A program made the translations under genes and the position numbers. Of a stretch of DNA of 45,421 nt, positions 1-14,001 are shown piece after piece. Within the stretch, counting starts at the first letter, position 1, and each line of letters opens with the position of its first letter. This DNA comes from Bacillota bacterium (GTDB lineage Bacteria > Bacillota > Limnochordia > Darwinibacteriales > Darwinibacteriaceae). The DNA is taken from assembly GCA_012520355.1 (NCBI GenBank), contig JAAYOK010000132.1, positions 1 to 45,421 on the forward strand. Direction: 5' to 3'. The notes under the pieces were generated by a model. The model saw nothing but the letters and a program-made list of their open reading frames with translations. It made no database searches and had not been told where the DNA came from.

Positions 1-234
1 TAGGCTCAACAGCGCGATCGGAACACTGCCGCGTCCTTCACCAAACAAGTCTACCGTTCCAGTAATGGGGATCTCAAAGGATCTGGCTTCTTTGCGCGCC
101 TCATAAACCACCTCAGAGATATGCTGCAAGGAAGTGAGATTCAGATCCCCCAAAAGCCAGCCATAGAGGCCGACTCCAAAAACCACAATGCCCAAGACAA
201 GTAGGACAAGGGATATCGTTTTTCGATGACTCAC
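1..234 (-). CDS. membrane-anchored protein, N-terminal fragment (runs off the window start)
   Basis: Absent from the ORF track because it is open-ended. GTG at 234..232 is preceded by GAGGTGG. Translation VSHRKTISLVLLVLGIVVFGVGLYGWLLGDLNL... has one clear TM helix. The frame stays open for all 78 codons to position 1. It lies directly downstream of the sugar-binding protein gene. Confidence 0.45.
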   Translation of the reverse strand, partial: MSHRKTISLVLLVLGIVVFGVGLYGWLLGDLNLTSLQHISEVVYEARKEARSFEIPITGTVDLFGEGRGSVPIALLSL

Positions 235-257
235 ATTACCACCTCAAACATAGTAGA

Positions 258-277
258 GGGGGAGGTAAACTCCCCCC
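258..277 (-). other. GC-rich intercistronic stem-loop between binding-protein gene and next gene
   Basis: GGGGGAG-gtaaa-CTCCCCC is a perfect 7-bp stem about 23 nt after the stop at 300. No U-tract follows, so it looks like an mRNA-stability element rather than a terminator. Confidence 0.4.
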
Positions 278-299
278 AATGATAACTTAACTTTTAATT

Positions 300-1589
300 C
301 TAGAAGTCTTCCAAGATCTCCTCTACGGTCTGTGCTAGTGTATCCAGGGTTGCCTGAACAGGTGCACCTTCGTTGAAGATCAGGGCCAAAGCGTGACGCC
401 ATTCGGTTGCGATGGAGTCGTATGCTGGGTGCAAGTTACGAGGGTTAATCCAGCCAGCCATGGAAACGATGTTGGCCATTGCAGGTTTGCGCTCGAGGTA
501 CTCGGCATACTCAGGAGTGTCCATTACGCTTTGACGTGTTGGGAAATAACCGGTTTTGTCAGCCCAGTAAAGGTTCATTTCTGGACTGGCCATGAACATC
601 ATGAACTGCCAAGCAGCGTTCTTTTGTCTCTGGGTTGCAACTGCAGGAATCAGAATGGTTGCGCCGCCAACTTCACTCTTGAAGCTAACGCCATCTTCGC
701 CACCTGGTAGCCAAGCCATGCCAACTTCAAAGTCGCTGTTGTCTACATAGGTGTCATAGAGGGAACTGGTATGGAATACGCTGAAAGCTCCGCCATCCCA
801 GAAGAGTTGTCTCATATTAGGAGATGCGCCTGTGCCATAGGCATAGTAAGCATAACCCTTGTCGATCCATTCTTTCATCTTGGTGGTCACATAAACGGAT
901 GCTTCACCATTAAGGTCTGTGCTGAAACCGTCTTCGAGGATAACCTCAACACCATTGTTCATAAATAGTGTCTCATAGTACCAGTAGTCCCAGCCACCAA
1001 AGACTGTTCCGTAACGAGCAGTTGTACCATCTTCGTTGAAAACGGTAGCCTTCTCTAAGAAAGCTTCAAACTCGTCAAATGTCTTAGGCATTTCGATGCC
1101 TTCGGCTTTGGCCATGTCTTCGTTGTAGTACATAACTTGGGTCGAAATGAGGTAAGGAAGTACGATTTGCTTGCCATTATAGCTTGTGGCAGCGATGAGA
1201 CCTTCACCAAAGTCTGCAACATCAAAGTTGTAGGCTTCAATATAAGGATCCAAGATCTCTGTAATACCGGCTGCACCATAGCTCGGTGGATAGGATGTGT
1301 TAGCTGTAGCCAGAGCAGGTACTTCACCAGAAGCTACTGCGGCGATCAATTGGGTATTGATCTCAGTGTAGCTACCAATGTAGATAGGCTCTACAGTAAT
1401 GAGAGGATGTTGCTCGTTGAAACGGTCAACCATGTAATTCAAATACTCATGCAACTGGTCTTCATGGGCATGCCACCATTGAATGGTGATAGGTTCAGTA
1501 ACATCATAGCGCGATGTATCTGCTGCTGCAACACCCACTACAGATAGCATCATGACAACTGCAAGAATCAAACTAAGGCGTTTTTTCAT
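300..1589 (-). CDS. ABC transporter extracellular solute-binding protein (family 1, sugar type)
   Basis: 429-aa ORF with ATG at 1589 and AGGAGG 9 nt upstream. N-terminal signal peptide MKKRLSLILAVVMMLSVVGVAAA. Composition and length are typical of CUT1 sugar-binding proteins. Confidence 0.88.
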   Translation of the reverse strand: MKKRLSLILAVVMMLSVVGVAAADTSRYDVTEPITIQWWHAHEDQLHEYLNYMVDRFNEQHPLITVEPIYIGSYTEINTQLIAAVASGEVPALATANTSYPPSYGAAGITEILDPYIEAYNFDVADFGEGLIAATSYNGKQIVLPYLISTQVMYYNEDMAKAEGIEMPKTFDEFEAFLEKATVFNEDGTTARYGTVFGGWDYWYYETLFMNNGVEVILEDGFSTDLNGEASVYVTTKMKEWIDKGYAYYAYGTGASPNMRQLFWDGGAFSVFHTSSLYDTYVDNSDFEVGMAWLPGGEDGVSFKSEVGGATILIPAVATQRQKNAAWQFMMFMASPEMNLYWADKTGYFPTRQSVMDTPEYAEYLERKPAMANIVSMAGWINPRNLHPAYDSIATEWRHALALIFNEGAPVQATLDTLAQTVEEILEDF

Positions 1590-1679
1590 TGAGTATTACC
1601 TCCTACTATTTGTCTGTTGCATCGCTTCAAAGCACAAGCACGTTTTCATTTGCTCACACAACAACTATCGTCTGAGCCA

Positions 1680-2873
1680 TTAACCACCTCCCTTAATGGC
1701 AAAAATCCGTTCTGCTTTTGGGGGAGGCCCACAGGACTCCCGCAAGACCAATTCCATGGGCAAGGTCTTGCTCACAAAACTTTCGTTCCTACCCGCAAGT
1801 TCGTCCACGAGAATGGTTGCTGCTGCTTTGCCAATCTCATACGTGGGACAGTTAACAGTGGTAATCGCGGGTTCAAGGTTAGCGGAGATCCCTATATTGT
1901 CAAAGCCCATAATGGACAAATCCTCACCAACCACTCGTCCTGCCACTCTGGCTGCCCGAGACAAATCTGCAGCGGCCAAATCGTTGAGGCAGATCACAGC
2001 TGTCATCTGCGGCGATTTTTCAAGAAACTCAACCAACTCCGCCATGACCTCCTGTTCATGTTCCCTAGAACGGTCCTCTAAATAAACATACCGATGGTCC
2101 TCAAGGTCGGCGAGAATCATAGCTCGGTCAACGACCAGACCATGATCGCTCATAGCATCGCGATAGCCCTGGATCCGTTCATGCAAAGAAGCCATAAAAC
2201 CGGGATGTTTGGTCACAAGCCCAATGTTTTGATGCCCTAGACCAATAAGGTGGGAGGTGGCATCGTATCCGCCCTGGTAGTTATTGGCTTCCACATAATG
2301 CGATTTCATGTACGGGTAATGCCTAGTCATGACCAAGGGGATGTTCTGCCGCTGCAGTTCAAAGATCCAGGGATTATAATAGTCCGCTGCTGTAGCATGA
2401 ATGATTACACCTAAACATCCCTGCTCCAAGATGCGCTCAATATATTCCCCTTCTTTTTTCTGGCAATTGTTGGTGGCAAGGACCGACACACTATGCCCAT
2501 GATGAAAGAGTACTTCCTGAGCGCCAGTGACAATCCTTCCGGTGAAGCTGGTGGTTAAATATGGAACTATAATTTGAATGTTCCCATGTACCTGGGCCAA
2601 GCGGGCCTTGTTATCAGCCACAAAGGTTCCTCGACCATGGAAGCGGTCGATCAATCCAGCATTTTCCAGCGCAACTAAGGCATGACGAATGGTTGCACGA
2701 CTTACGCCATAGTGTGCAGCCAACTCAATTTCTGTCCCGAGTTTGTCGCCTGGGACCAAATTCGAGCGAACAATGTCCACTTGAATTTTTCGGGCCACTT
2801 CTTCGTACAGATTCGTTGAACTTTTGCCTGCTTGACTTTTTTCCCTCATGGCACTAACACTACTCTCATACAC
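1680..2873 (-). CDS. AraR-like chimeric regulator: GntR-type winged HTH fused to LacI/PBP1-type sugar-binding domain
   Basis: The N-terminus LYEEVARKIQVDIVRSNLVPGDKLGTEIELAAHYGVSRATIRHALVALENAGLIDRFHGRGTFV is a GntR HTH. The remaining ~320 aa resemble the LacI-family periplasmic-binding fold. The start is ambiguous (ATG 2873 or ATG 2849); neither has a strong SD. Confidence 0.82.
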   Translation of the reverse strand: MYESSVSAMREKSQAGKSSTNLYEEVARKIQVDIVRSNLVPGDKLGTEIELAAHYGVSRATIRHALVALENAGLIDRFHGRGTFVADNKARLAQVHGNIQIIVPYLTTSFTGRIVTGAQEVLFHHGHSVSVLATNNCQKKEGEYIERILEQGCLGVIIHATAADYYNPWIFELQRQNIPLVMTRHYPYMKSHYVEANNYQGGYDATSHLIGLGHQNIGLVTKHPGFMASLHERIQGYRDAMSDHGLVVDRAMILADLEDHRYVYLEDRSREHEQEVMAELVEFLEKSPQMTAVICLNDLAAADLSRAARVAGRVVGEDLSIMGFDNIGISANLEPAITTVNCPTYEIGKAAATILVDELAGRNESFVSKTLPMELVLRESCGPPPKAERIFAIKGGG

Positions 2874-2900
2874 TCACTTAGTAAGGTTTTCTTGAAATTA

Positions 2901-2929
2901 ACAATACCATCTTCAGCGAGGTATGTCAA
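2901..2929 (-). promoter_or_regulatory. candidate sigma-A promoter for the AraR-like regulator/binding-protein operon
   Basis: On the minus strand: TTGACA (2929..2924), 17-nt spacer, TGgTATTGT extended -10 (hexamer 2906..2901). It lies 27 nt upstream of the ATG at 2873. Confidence 0.45.
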
Positions 2930-3046
2930 TGTTAAAAGGACTGACCTTTGAGGCCAAGTGGCCCTACATCTCTCCTAGGCTAGACCTTCTCCAACCAGCT
3001 AATGCGAAAAGAGTCTAGAGATCAGGAGCCCAGATCAACTTTTCGC

Positions 3047-3091
3047 AAAAGGAAAAGCGACAAGGTCCTTTTTGGGACTTTGTCGCTTTTT
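3047..3091 (-). terminator. rho-independent terminator after eno
   Basis: A 12-bp stem (GCGACAAAGUCC / GGACCUUGUCGC, one mismatch) with a short loop, followed on the minus strand by UUUUCCUUUU. It starts about 10 nt after the eno stop. Confidence 0.7.
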
Positions 3092-3100
3092 AAAACTGAA

Positions 3101-5919
<2,819 letters not shown>

Positions 5920-5943
5920 CGTTTCACTCACCTTTTCGGTTCC

Positions 5944-6687
5944 CTAGTACTTGATAATACCAACAAAATCCTTGACGTTGAGACTTGCTCCGCCTACTAA
6001 CGCTCCATCGATTTCTGGTTGATCCATAAACTCCTTGATATTACCAGGTTTTACGCTGCCACCGTATTGAATCCGTACTTTTCCGGCGAGCTCAGCACCG
6101 AAGAGTTTGGCGAGGGCTTCGCGGATGGATGCAATGACTTGGTTGGCGTCTTCGCCATTCGACGTTTCGCCGGTACCAATGGCCCAAATCGGCTCATAGG
6201 CAACAACGACTTGCTCAATTTGCTCAGCGCTTACATCTTTGAGGCCCAAGGTGGTCTGGCTCACCACAATCTCCTCGGTTTCCCCTGCTTTACGCTGCTC
6301 GAGCGTTTCGCCGACACAGAGAATGGGCTTCAAACCAACTTCTAAGGCTTTGAGAACCTTCTTGTTGATGAGTTCATCCTCTTCCTTAAAAATCTCTCTC
6401 CGTTCAGAGTGGCCTAGGATTACGTACTCGCAACCCACATCTTCTAACATCGATGCAGATATCTCTCCTGTAAAAGCCCCTTGATCAGCATAGTACATGT
6501 TCTGAGCACCGAGTTTGACCTTCTTAAGGCCCAAGGCACTCAAGGCTGACAAACTGGTGAATGGTGCACAAATCACAACTTCCACGGCACTGTCGGCAAC
6601 GAGCTCATCGAGCTCCCGAACCATCTCTACCGCTTCACCAACATTTTTGTGCATCTTCCAGTTGCCTGCAATAATTGGGGTACGCAT
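5944..6687 (-). CDS. tpiA: triosephosphate isomerase
   Basis: AGNWKMH and AYEPIWAIGTG motifs. ATG 6687 with GAGGTGA SD. Confidence 0.98.
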   Translation of the reverse strand: MRTPIIAGNWKMHKNVGEAVEMVRELDELVADSAVEVVICAPFTSLSALSALGLKKVKLGAQNMYYADQGAFTGEISASMLEDVGCEYVILGHSERREIFKEEDELINKKVLKALEVGLKPILCVGETLEQRKAGETEEIVVSQTTLGLKDVSAEQIEQVVVAYEPIWAIGTGETSNGEDANQVIASIREALAKLFGAELAGKVRIQYGGSVKPGNIKEFMDQPEIDGALVGGASLNVKDFVGIIKY

Positions 6688-6697
6688 AATATCACCT

Positions 6698-7879
6698 CTA
6701 TTTATCGTTTAGCGCGGCTACTCCAGGTAAAACCTTACCTTCTAAGAATTCCAAGGAAGCGCCGCCACCAGTTGAAACATGAGTCATCTGGGCTGCAAGA
6801 CCCATCTGCTCAACAGCCGCCGCAGAATCTCCACCGCCAATGATGGAAATTGCGGAAGAATCAGCCAAAGCTTGAGCTAAACCTCGGGTTCCTGCTGCAA
6901 AAGCTTCCATTTCAAAAACACCCATGGGGCCGTTCCAGACCACGGTTCCTGCTTTCTTCACAACCTCACTAAAGAGTTCTGTTGTTTTCGGACCCGAATC
7001 TAAGCCTTCCCAATCAGCGGGCATCTCTTGATAACCCACAACCTTATGTTCTGTATCTTCAGCACGCTCACGACCTACTACGATATCCACAGGGAAGAGG
7101 AGTTCAACACCCTTCTCCTTGGCTTTCTTGATAATATCCAAGCAGAAATCGAGTCTGTCTGGATCCAGAAGGGAATTTCCGATCTCAAAGCCCTGGGCCT
7201 TGAAGAAGGTGTAGGCCATGCCACCACCAATGATCAGGGTATCAGCCTTGTCCAGTAGTGCTTCGATGACACCAATCTTATCTTTAACTTTGGCGCCGCC
7301 TAAAATAGCGACAAAAGGACGCTTCGGATTATCCAGGGCACCGCCTAAGAACTCCAGCTCTTTTTCCATGAGGAAACCAGAAACCGCTGGCAAGTAGTGG
7401 GCCACTCCCGTTGTGGAAGCATGGGCTCTGTGTGCTGTACCAAAGGCATCGTTCACAAAGATATCTCCCAGGGAAGCCAGGGCTTTGGCGAACTCTGGAT
7501 CATTTTTTTCTTCTTCTGCATAGAATCTTACATTTTCCAGAACCAAGACGTCCCCGTCTTCCAGGGCATCTACAGCTTTCTTAACCTCTGGACCTATGCA
7601 ATCATCGACTTTTTGTACGGGTTTCCCTAAAAGTTCGCCAAGACGCTTGGCAATTGGATCGAGGCGCATGGTTTCGTTGACCTGACCCTTAGGACGACCA
7701 AAGTGGGACATCAGGATGACTCTGCCGCCTTGGTCGGCAAGATGTTGAATGCTGGGCAGAGCAGCCCGAATTCGCTTGTCATCGGTAATGACACCATTTT
7801 GCATGGGCACATTAAAGTCAACACGCATTAACACCCGTTGTCCTTTTACATTCACATCGGCAATTGTTTTCTTTGGCAT
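6698..7879 (-). CDS. pgk: phosphoglycerate kinase
   Basis: [26 protein letters not shown]. The track ORF is extended 22 codons upstream. ATG at 7879 has GAGGAGGA 7 nt upstream. Confidence 0.97.
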   Translation of the reverse strand: MPKKTIADVNVKGQRVLMRVDFNVPMQNGVITDDKRIRAALPSIQHLADQGGRVILMSHFGRPKGQVNETMRLDPIAKRLGELLGKPVQKVDDCIGPEVKKAVDALEDGDVLVLENVRFYAEEEKNDPEFAKALASLGDIFVNDAFGTAHRAHASTTGVAHYLPAVSGFLMEKELEFLGGALDNPKRPFVAILGGAKVKDKIGVIEALLDKADTLIIGGGMAYTFFKAQGFEIGNSLLDPDRLDFCLDIIKKAKEKGVELLFPVDIVVGRERAEDTEHKVVGYQEMPADWEGLDSGPKTTELFSEVVKKAGTVVWNGPMGVFEMEAFAAGTRGLAQALADSSAISIIGGGDSAAAVEQMGLAAQMTHVSTGGGASLEFLEGKVLPGVAALNDK

Positions 7880-7900
7880 AAAGATCCTCCTCATCATCGA

Positions 7901-7959
7901 GATGGGCGCAACCCATCGGTTGCATACTGCAGACGATCCCCCCAAAAAGCGGGGGGATC
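7901..7959 (-). promoter_or_regulatory. two stem-loops in the gap-pgk intergenic region (partial terminator / mRNA stabiliser candidate)
   Basis: GATCCCCCC-N7-GGGGGGATC is a perfect 9-bp stem (7935..7959) starting 12 nt after the gap stop. GATGGG-N5-CCCATC follows (7901..7917). Neither is followed by a U-tract. Confidence 0.5.
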
Positions 7960-7971
7960 TCAGTATAGTTC

Positions 7972-10001
<2,030 letters not shown>

Positions 10002-10041
10002 GGCAACAAGGCTATCCAGTATCGTTCACCCACTTTCTCGG

Positions 10042-10077
10042 GACACTCCAGGGCCCGCCGGGGTCTATTTGGTCCCG
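10042..10077 (-). promoter_or_regulatory. CggR operator (tandem direct repeat)
   Basis: The minus strand reads CGGGAC-caaata-GACC-ccgg-CGGGCC-ctggag-TGTC. The two CGGGNC units are phased 20 nt apart, as in the B. subtilis operator as I recall it (CGGGACN6TGTCN4CGGGACN6TGTC). It sits between the candidate promoter and the cggR start. Confidence 0.7.
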
Positions 10078-10125
10078 CTCCACTGCTAGGAATTCTGCTT
10101 TTCTACAGCGTTCCCTTCTATTTCT

Positions 10126-10154
10126 TTGTTAATACTTGGTATTTAATTTGTCAA
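10126..10154 (-). promoter_or_regulatory. candidate sigma-A promoter of the cggR-gap operon
   Basis: TTGACA (10154..10149), 17-nt spacer, TAACAA (10131..10126). It overlaps the 3' end of whiA. The -10 is weak. Confidence 0.35.
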
Positions 10155-11055
10155 GTTGTCGCGCCTTTTCTTGAAGCTGTCTAAAGCGATAGTTAACCCC
10201 AGATTTACTCATTTTTGGTACCATTAAATCCCCGATTTCCTGCAAAGAGGCATAGGGATTCTCCAAACGTACCCGGGCCACTTCCCGTAATTTGGGCGGT
10301 AGTTCCTCGAGCCCGATCGCGGCATCAATGGCCTGAATCGCCTCGATTTGACCCAAGGCGGCCTTCACCGTTTTGTCCACATTGGCTGTTTCGCAGTTGA
10401 CCAGGCGATTGACCTGATTGCGCATGTCCTTCATAATCCGCACATTTTCGAAATGTAATAGTGCGCTATGGGCCCCCATTACGTTCAGCATGGTGACAAT
10501 CTCACCACCATCCTTCAGATAGATGACGAGTGATCCCTTTCTCTGGGTGATCCCCGCCTCCATACCCAAGGATGTCATAATCGCCACGATCTTTTCCGCT
10601 AAACCACTCAGTTCCGTGGAGATTTCCAAATGATAGCCACGCTCAGGATTGGTAATGGATCCGCTACTCAAGAAAGCACCGCGCAAATAGGCCCGCCGGC
10701 AACACTTCTTACGGGGAATATCGGTCCCATCTAGGACACTCTGTTCCCGGAAATCTTGGTAGACTCGTCCCGCAAAAGCGCGACCTAAGACACGCACAGT
10801 ACAGATTTGAGCCCTGCGAGAGCGTGATTTGACCACCAGAACCTGTGTGGGCAGATCGGGATAGAGACCCTTGAGCAGAAGAAGAGTCTTCCGTGCCACC
10901 AGGGGTGATGAATTATTGAAATCGAGAAACTGATTGTGGGTTCCTAACAAGAACCCTTCTAATTCGTAAAACGCGCTCAACTCCGCGATTCGACAGCAAC
11001 GTGCCCCAGGAATCACGCGAGCGAGTTCCTGACGTACATCATCAGAGAAACTCAT
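10129..11055 (-). CDS. whiA: DNA-binding sporulation/cell-division regulator WhiA
   Basis: 308 aa, MSFSDDVRQELARV..., with a C-terminal HTH (SKSGVNYRFRQL). ATG 11055 overlaps the upstream stop (ATGA). GGAGGTG SD. Confidence 0.94.
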   Translation of the reverse strand: MSFSDDVRQELARVIPGARCCRIAELSAFYELEGFLLGTHNQFLDFNNSSPLVARKTLLLLKGLYPDLPTQVLVVKSRSRRAQICTVRVLGRAFAGRVYQDFREQSVLDGTDIPRKKCCRRAYLRGAFLSSGSITNPERGYHLEISTELSGLAEKIVAIMTSLGMEAGITQRKGSLVIYLKDGGEIVTMLNVMGAHSALLHFENVRIMKDMRNQVNRLVNCETANVDKTVKAALGQIEAIQAIDAAIGLEELPPKLREVARVRLENPYASLQEIGDLMVPKMSKSGVNYRFRQLQEKARQLDKLNTKY

Positions 11056-11885
11056 GGGGGATCACCTCCATCTTTTCCCAAAACCCAAACCCTCACACGC
11101 CAGCCTTGGATTTCCGCCTTGACAATCACTGGCGTGGTTGAATCATTGCGAAACTTGAAGTCCGTATAGGGCCAAGCGACTGCAGCATCGAGCCCATGCC
11201 GGATATAACTCGGTGCAATGGAATGGATCCGGCGTTCCACGATCTCCATGCCCGCTTCCCGCACCGCATTATACAAGGTAGTCGATGACTGGCAGATACC
11301 TCCGCCCACCCCAGGAACCACGGCCTCACCTAAGATAATGGGAGCATTTTTGTAACCCCGCTCCACAGTTCGCTCTCCCACCACCTCATTAAAGGAAAAG
11401 ACCTCCCCAGGCAAGACCAGAGTGTTGTTGATCGCGGCTAGAGAAAGGCGGATATTCTCCACCCGACCAGGGCTCCCTAAAAGAGGCGTAGAGAAATCAC
11501 CCAAGAGATCCGTCAGCTCCGCCAGATGCTCTGTCCGGATAAAAGGCACCACTTCAATGCCGGAGAGCTCAATTCTGGTCTTGGCCGGTGCATGAACCAC
11601 GCTATGAACGATGGCGTCCAGATCAAAGTAGAGACCATTTTGATGCGGCACAATTTCTCCCGTTAGCTTCTCAATCGTGGCATTCTTGGGAGGTCGCATC
11701 TTGGCTCGGGCCATCTGTTCCACAATCACTCGAACTTCATTTTCATAGTAATACTCCATATTTTGCTCTGCCAAGTACACCTCGGAGCGGACCCCAAAGA
11801 ATCTACGATGGATGGTTCGATAAAGTGTGGGAAGCCCAAATCCCAACGTCGATAGGAGTAATCCCATGGCGATAATTCTACGCAT
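11052..11885 (-). CDS. VanW-domain protein with N-terminal membrane anchor (YoaR-like)
   Basis: VanW signature GGGICQSSTTLYNAVREAGMEIVERRIHS...DAAVAWPYTDFKFRND. TM helix MRRIIAMGLLLSTLGFGL. I place the start at ATG 11885 (GGAGGGGGG SD), not the track start 11933. Confidence 0.85.
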   Translation of the reverse strand: MRRIIAMGLLLSTLGFGLPTLYRTIHRRFFGVRSEVYLAEQNMEYYYENEVRVIVEQMARAKMRPPKNATIEKLTGEIVPHQNGLYFDLDAIVHSVVHAPAKTRIELSGIEVVPFIRTEHLAELTDLLGDFSTPLLGSPGRVENIRLSLAAINNTLVLPGEVFSFNEVVGERTVERGYKNAPIILGEAVVPGVGGGICQSSTTLYNAVREAGMEIVERRIHSIAPSYIRHGLDAAVAWPYTDFKFRNDSTTPVIVKAEIQGWRVRVWVLGKDGGDPP

Positions 11886-11933
11886 ATGCACCCCCCTCCC
11901 CAATATATGCAGGGAGAGGGGGAAGTACGACAC

Positions 11934-13226
11934 CTAGCCCGCCCGTTCACCATTTTTCGGCTTGGCGTAAAGACTCGCCAGACCCATCAGCTCCGCGGCT
12001 AAACGATGGCTGTCATGACGTACTAGGTCCTGGTGGTCTAAGAAACTACCCCGGTGGACCTTAACTCCAAGTCGCTCCAACCGTTCTTCATCAACCCGCA
12101 CAGGATGGGCCCTTTCTTTAGCATACTTCCTGCTCTGAACCTCCGAGATGAGGGCCTTATTGACGACAACATAGTCCAGGATCCTCCGATGCCCGGTATG
12201 AGCTTGCAGAGCCTGAACATGATCACTAGCCGTATACCCATCCGTCTCCCCAGGCTGGGTCATGACATTACACACATAGATGCGTAAAGCTTGGGTGGCT
12301 TCCAGTGCAGCCACGAAACCTGGAATGATCAAGTTGGGAATGATACTGGTATAAAGGCTACCGGGACCGATCACCACAACATCGGCATCCAAAATGGCCT
12401 CGATGGCAGCAGGTAAAGGTTCAGGGTTCCCTGGTTCTAAAAACACCTTTTGAATCTTCTTATGACCTTGGGGAACAGAGCTTTCACCGAGCATGGTGGA
12501 TCCATCTTCATACACAGCCCCCAAACGCACCGACTCTAGGGTCGAAGGTAAGACCCTGCCTCGCACGGCCAAGACTTTACTAAAGGCGTGGATGGATTCT
12601 TCGAAATCGCCGGTAATCTCTGTCATAGCCGCAATAAAGAGATTGCCAAAACTATGGCCTTTTAAACCTTCACCCCAATCAAAACGGTACTGAAAGAGTT
12701 CTTCCATCAAGGGTTCTGTATCCGCCAGTGCTACCAGAGTATTGCGAACATCCCCTGGTGGTAGAATACCCAAATCGTCACGAATTCGACCAGAACTACC
12801 CCCATCATCGGCCACGGTCACAATGGCTGTAATGTTGGAGGTATATTCTTTCAAACCCCGCAGCATCGTACTTAAACCAGTGCCACCACCAATGGTCACA
12901 ATGCGCAGACCCTTTTGCAGGTTTCTCGATTTGTAAACATGTTCCACCAGATTGGGGACATCCGAAGGATGGATGGCGCCCACCACAGAGCGGATGCCTC
13001 CTTTGATCGCTAGGGCCAAAAATAAGGAGCCTAGTGCAACAAGGAATGACCCTAAGAGAAAGGGATTCAGTTCTGAGACCTGGACCCAGGACAGAATCGT
13101 TTCTTCATACAAGGAGAGCATAGGAGTATTCCACAAGATAATCAAGCCTGTGGCAATCACCACAACTCCCAGCACCAACAAAGCTATCCACCGCTTCACA
13201 CCCATACCGGGGTAAAGCCACTTCAT
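11934..13226 (-). CDS. yvcK: YvcK/GlmR-family (UPF0052, CofD-like) protein with N-terminal transmembrane extension
   Basis: The core motif IVTIGGGTGLSTMLRGLK...VADDGGSSGR is preceded by about 100 aa with two hydrophobic helices. The start is uncertain: ATG 13226, GTG 13235, or ATG 13262 (1 nt after the nagB stop). Confidence 0.88.
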   Translation of the reverse strand: MKWLYPGMGVKRWIALLVLGVVVIATGLIILWNTPMLSLYEETILSWVQVSELNPFLLGSFLVALGSLFLALAIKGGIRSVVGAIHPSDVPNLVEHVYKSRNLQKGLRIVTIGGGTGLSTMLRGLKEYTSNITAIVTVADDGGSSGRIRDDLGILPPGDVRNTLVALADTEPLMEELFQYRFDWGEGLKGHSFGNLFIAAMTEITGDFEESIHAFSKVLAVRGRVLPSTLESVRLGAVYEDGSTMLGESSVPQGHKKIQKVFLEPGNPEPLPAAIEAILDADVVVIGPGSLYTSIIPNLIIPGFVAALEATQALRIYVCNVMTQPGETDGYTASDHVQALQAHTGHRRILDYVVVNKALISEVQSRKYAKERAHPVRVDEERLERLGVKVHRGSFLDHQDLVRHDSHRLAAELMGLASLYAKPKNGERAG

Positions 13227-13263
13227 TTTGTGCACCCAACCACCCCCTGGCGGCGCGCCCATC

Positions 13264-13986
13264 TTAAAGTCTGCTCGCTGCGGCCTGATCCACCACCACA
13301 GTCACCGATGGATGTAACTGCAAGACCGAAGCGGGTACCTCTGGCGTCACAGGTCCCTTCACAGCTGCGAAAACAGCGTCCGCCTTACTGCCGCCATTGG
13401 CCATAAGTATAATGTTCTTCGCCTGCATAATGCTCTTGATGCCCATGGAAATCGCCTGTGTAGGCACCTCATCAGCTGAAGCAAAGAAACGAGCGTTATC
13501 CCGGATGGTGCTTTCAGCCAAGTCAACCACTTGGGTTTCAGAGCCAAAGGGAGTACCTGGCTCGTTGAAGCCAATATGGGCATTGGAGCCAATTCCCAAA
13601 AGCTGTAGATCGATCCCACCAGTGCTACGAATCAATTCGTCATAGCGGCGGCATTCTGCCTCCAAGTCGGCTGCAGTACCATCTGGAATATGCGTCCGCT
13701 TTCGCTCCAAACCGACTTTGGCAAAGAGATTCTTTTCCATATAATGGCGGTAACTCTGGGGATGATCCGCCGCTAATCCCACATATTCATCGAGATTAAA
13801 CGTGGTTACCTGACTAAAATCTACACCATTTTCATGATATTCAACGAGTAATTCATAGACACCAAGGGGAGTGCTCCCAGTGGCTAAACCCAGAACACTA
13901 GCTGGTTTCTTGCGTATTTTGGCAATGACCAACTTGGCTACCTCATCACTCATACTGTCATAATTATTCACTACGACAATCCTCAT
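13264..13986 (-). CDS. nagB: glucosamine-6-phosphate deaminase
   Basis: MRIVVVNNYD...LGLATGSTP...FNLDEY. ATG 13986 with AAGGTG 8 nt upstream. The track GTG at 13995 lies in the SD. Confidence 0.95.
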   Translation of the reverse strand: MRIVVVNNYDSMSDEVAKLVIAKIRKKPASVLGLATGSTPLGVYELLVEYHENGVDFSQVTTFNLDEYVGLAADHPQSYRHYMEKNLFAKVGLERKRTHIPDGTAADLEAECRRYDELIRSTGGIDLQLLGIGSNAHIGFNEPGTPFGSETQVVDLAESTIRDNARFFASADEVPTQAISMGIKSIMQAKNIILMANGGSKADAVFAAVKGPVTPEVPASVLQLHPSVTVVVDQAAASRL

Positions 13987-14001
13987 GCAGCTCACACCTT
14001 T

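Noticed and set aside
1636-1649. cre-like sequence TGAAAACGTGCTTG (minus strand) upstream of the sugar-binding protein gene.
   Set aside because: Only the left half fits TGWAANCGNTNWCA, and the right half fails at three constrained positions. It cannot be distinguished from chance without a scoring matrix.
7880-7945. Upstream extensions in the ORF track for pgk, nagA, nagB, gpmI, cwlD, the aminotransferase, the VanW gene, the Cof phosphatase, addA, the 5-formyl-THF cyclo-ligase gene and the ABC binding protein.
   Set aside because: The track takes the furthest ATG/GTG/TTG. In each case a downstream start has a proper SD at 5-10 nt, and the conserved N-terminus begins there. Several extended starts lie inside the SD itself.
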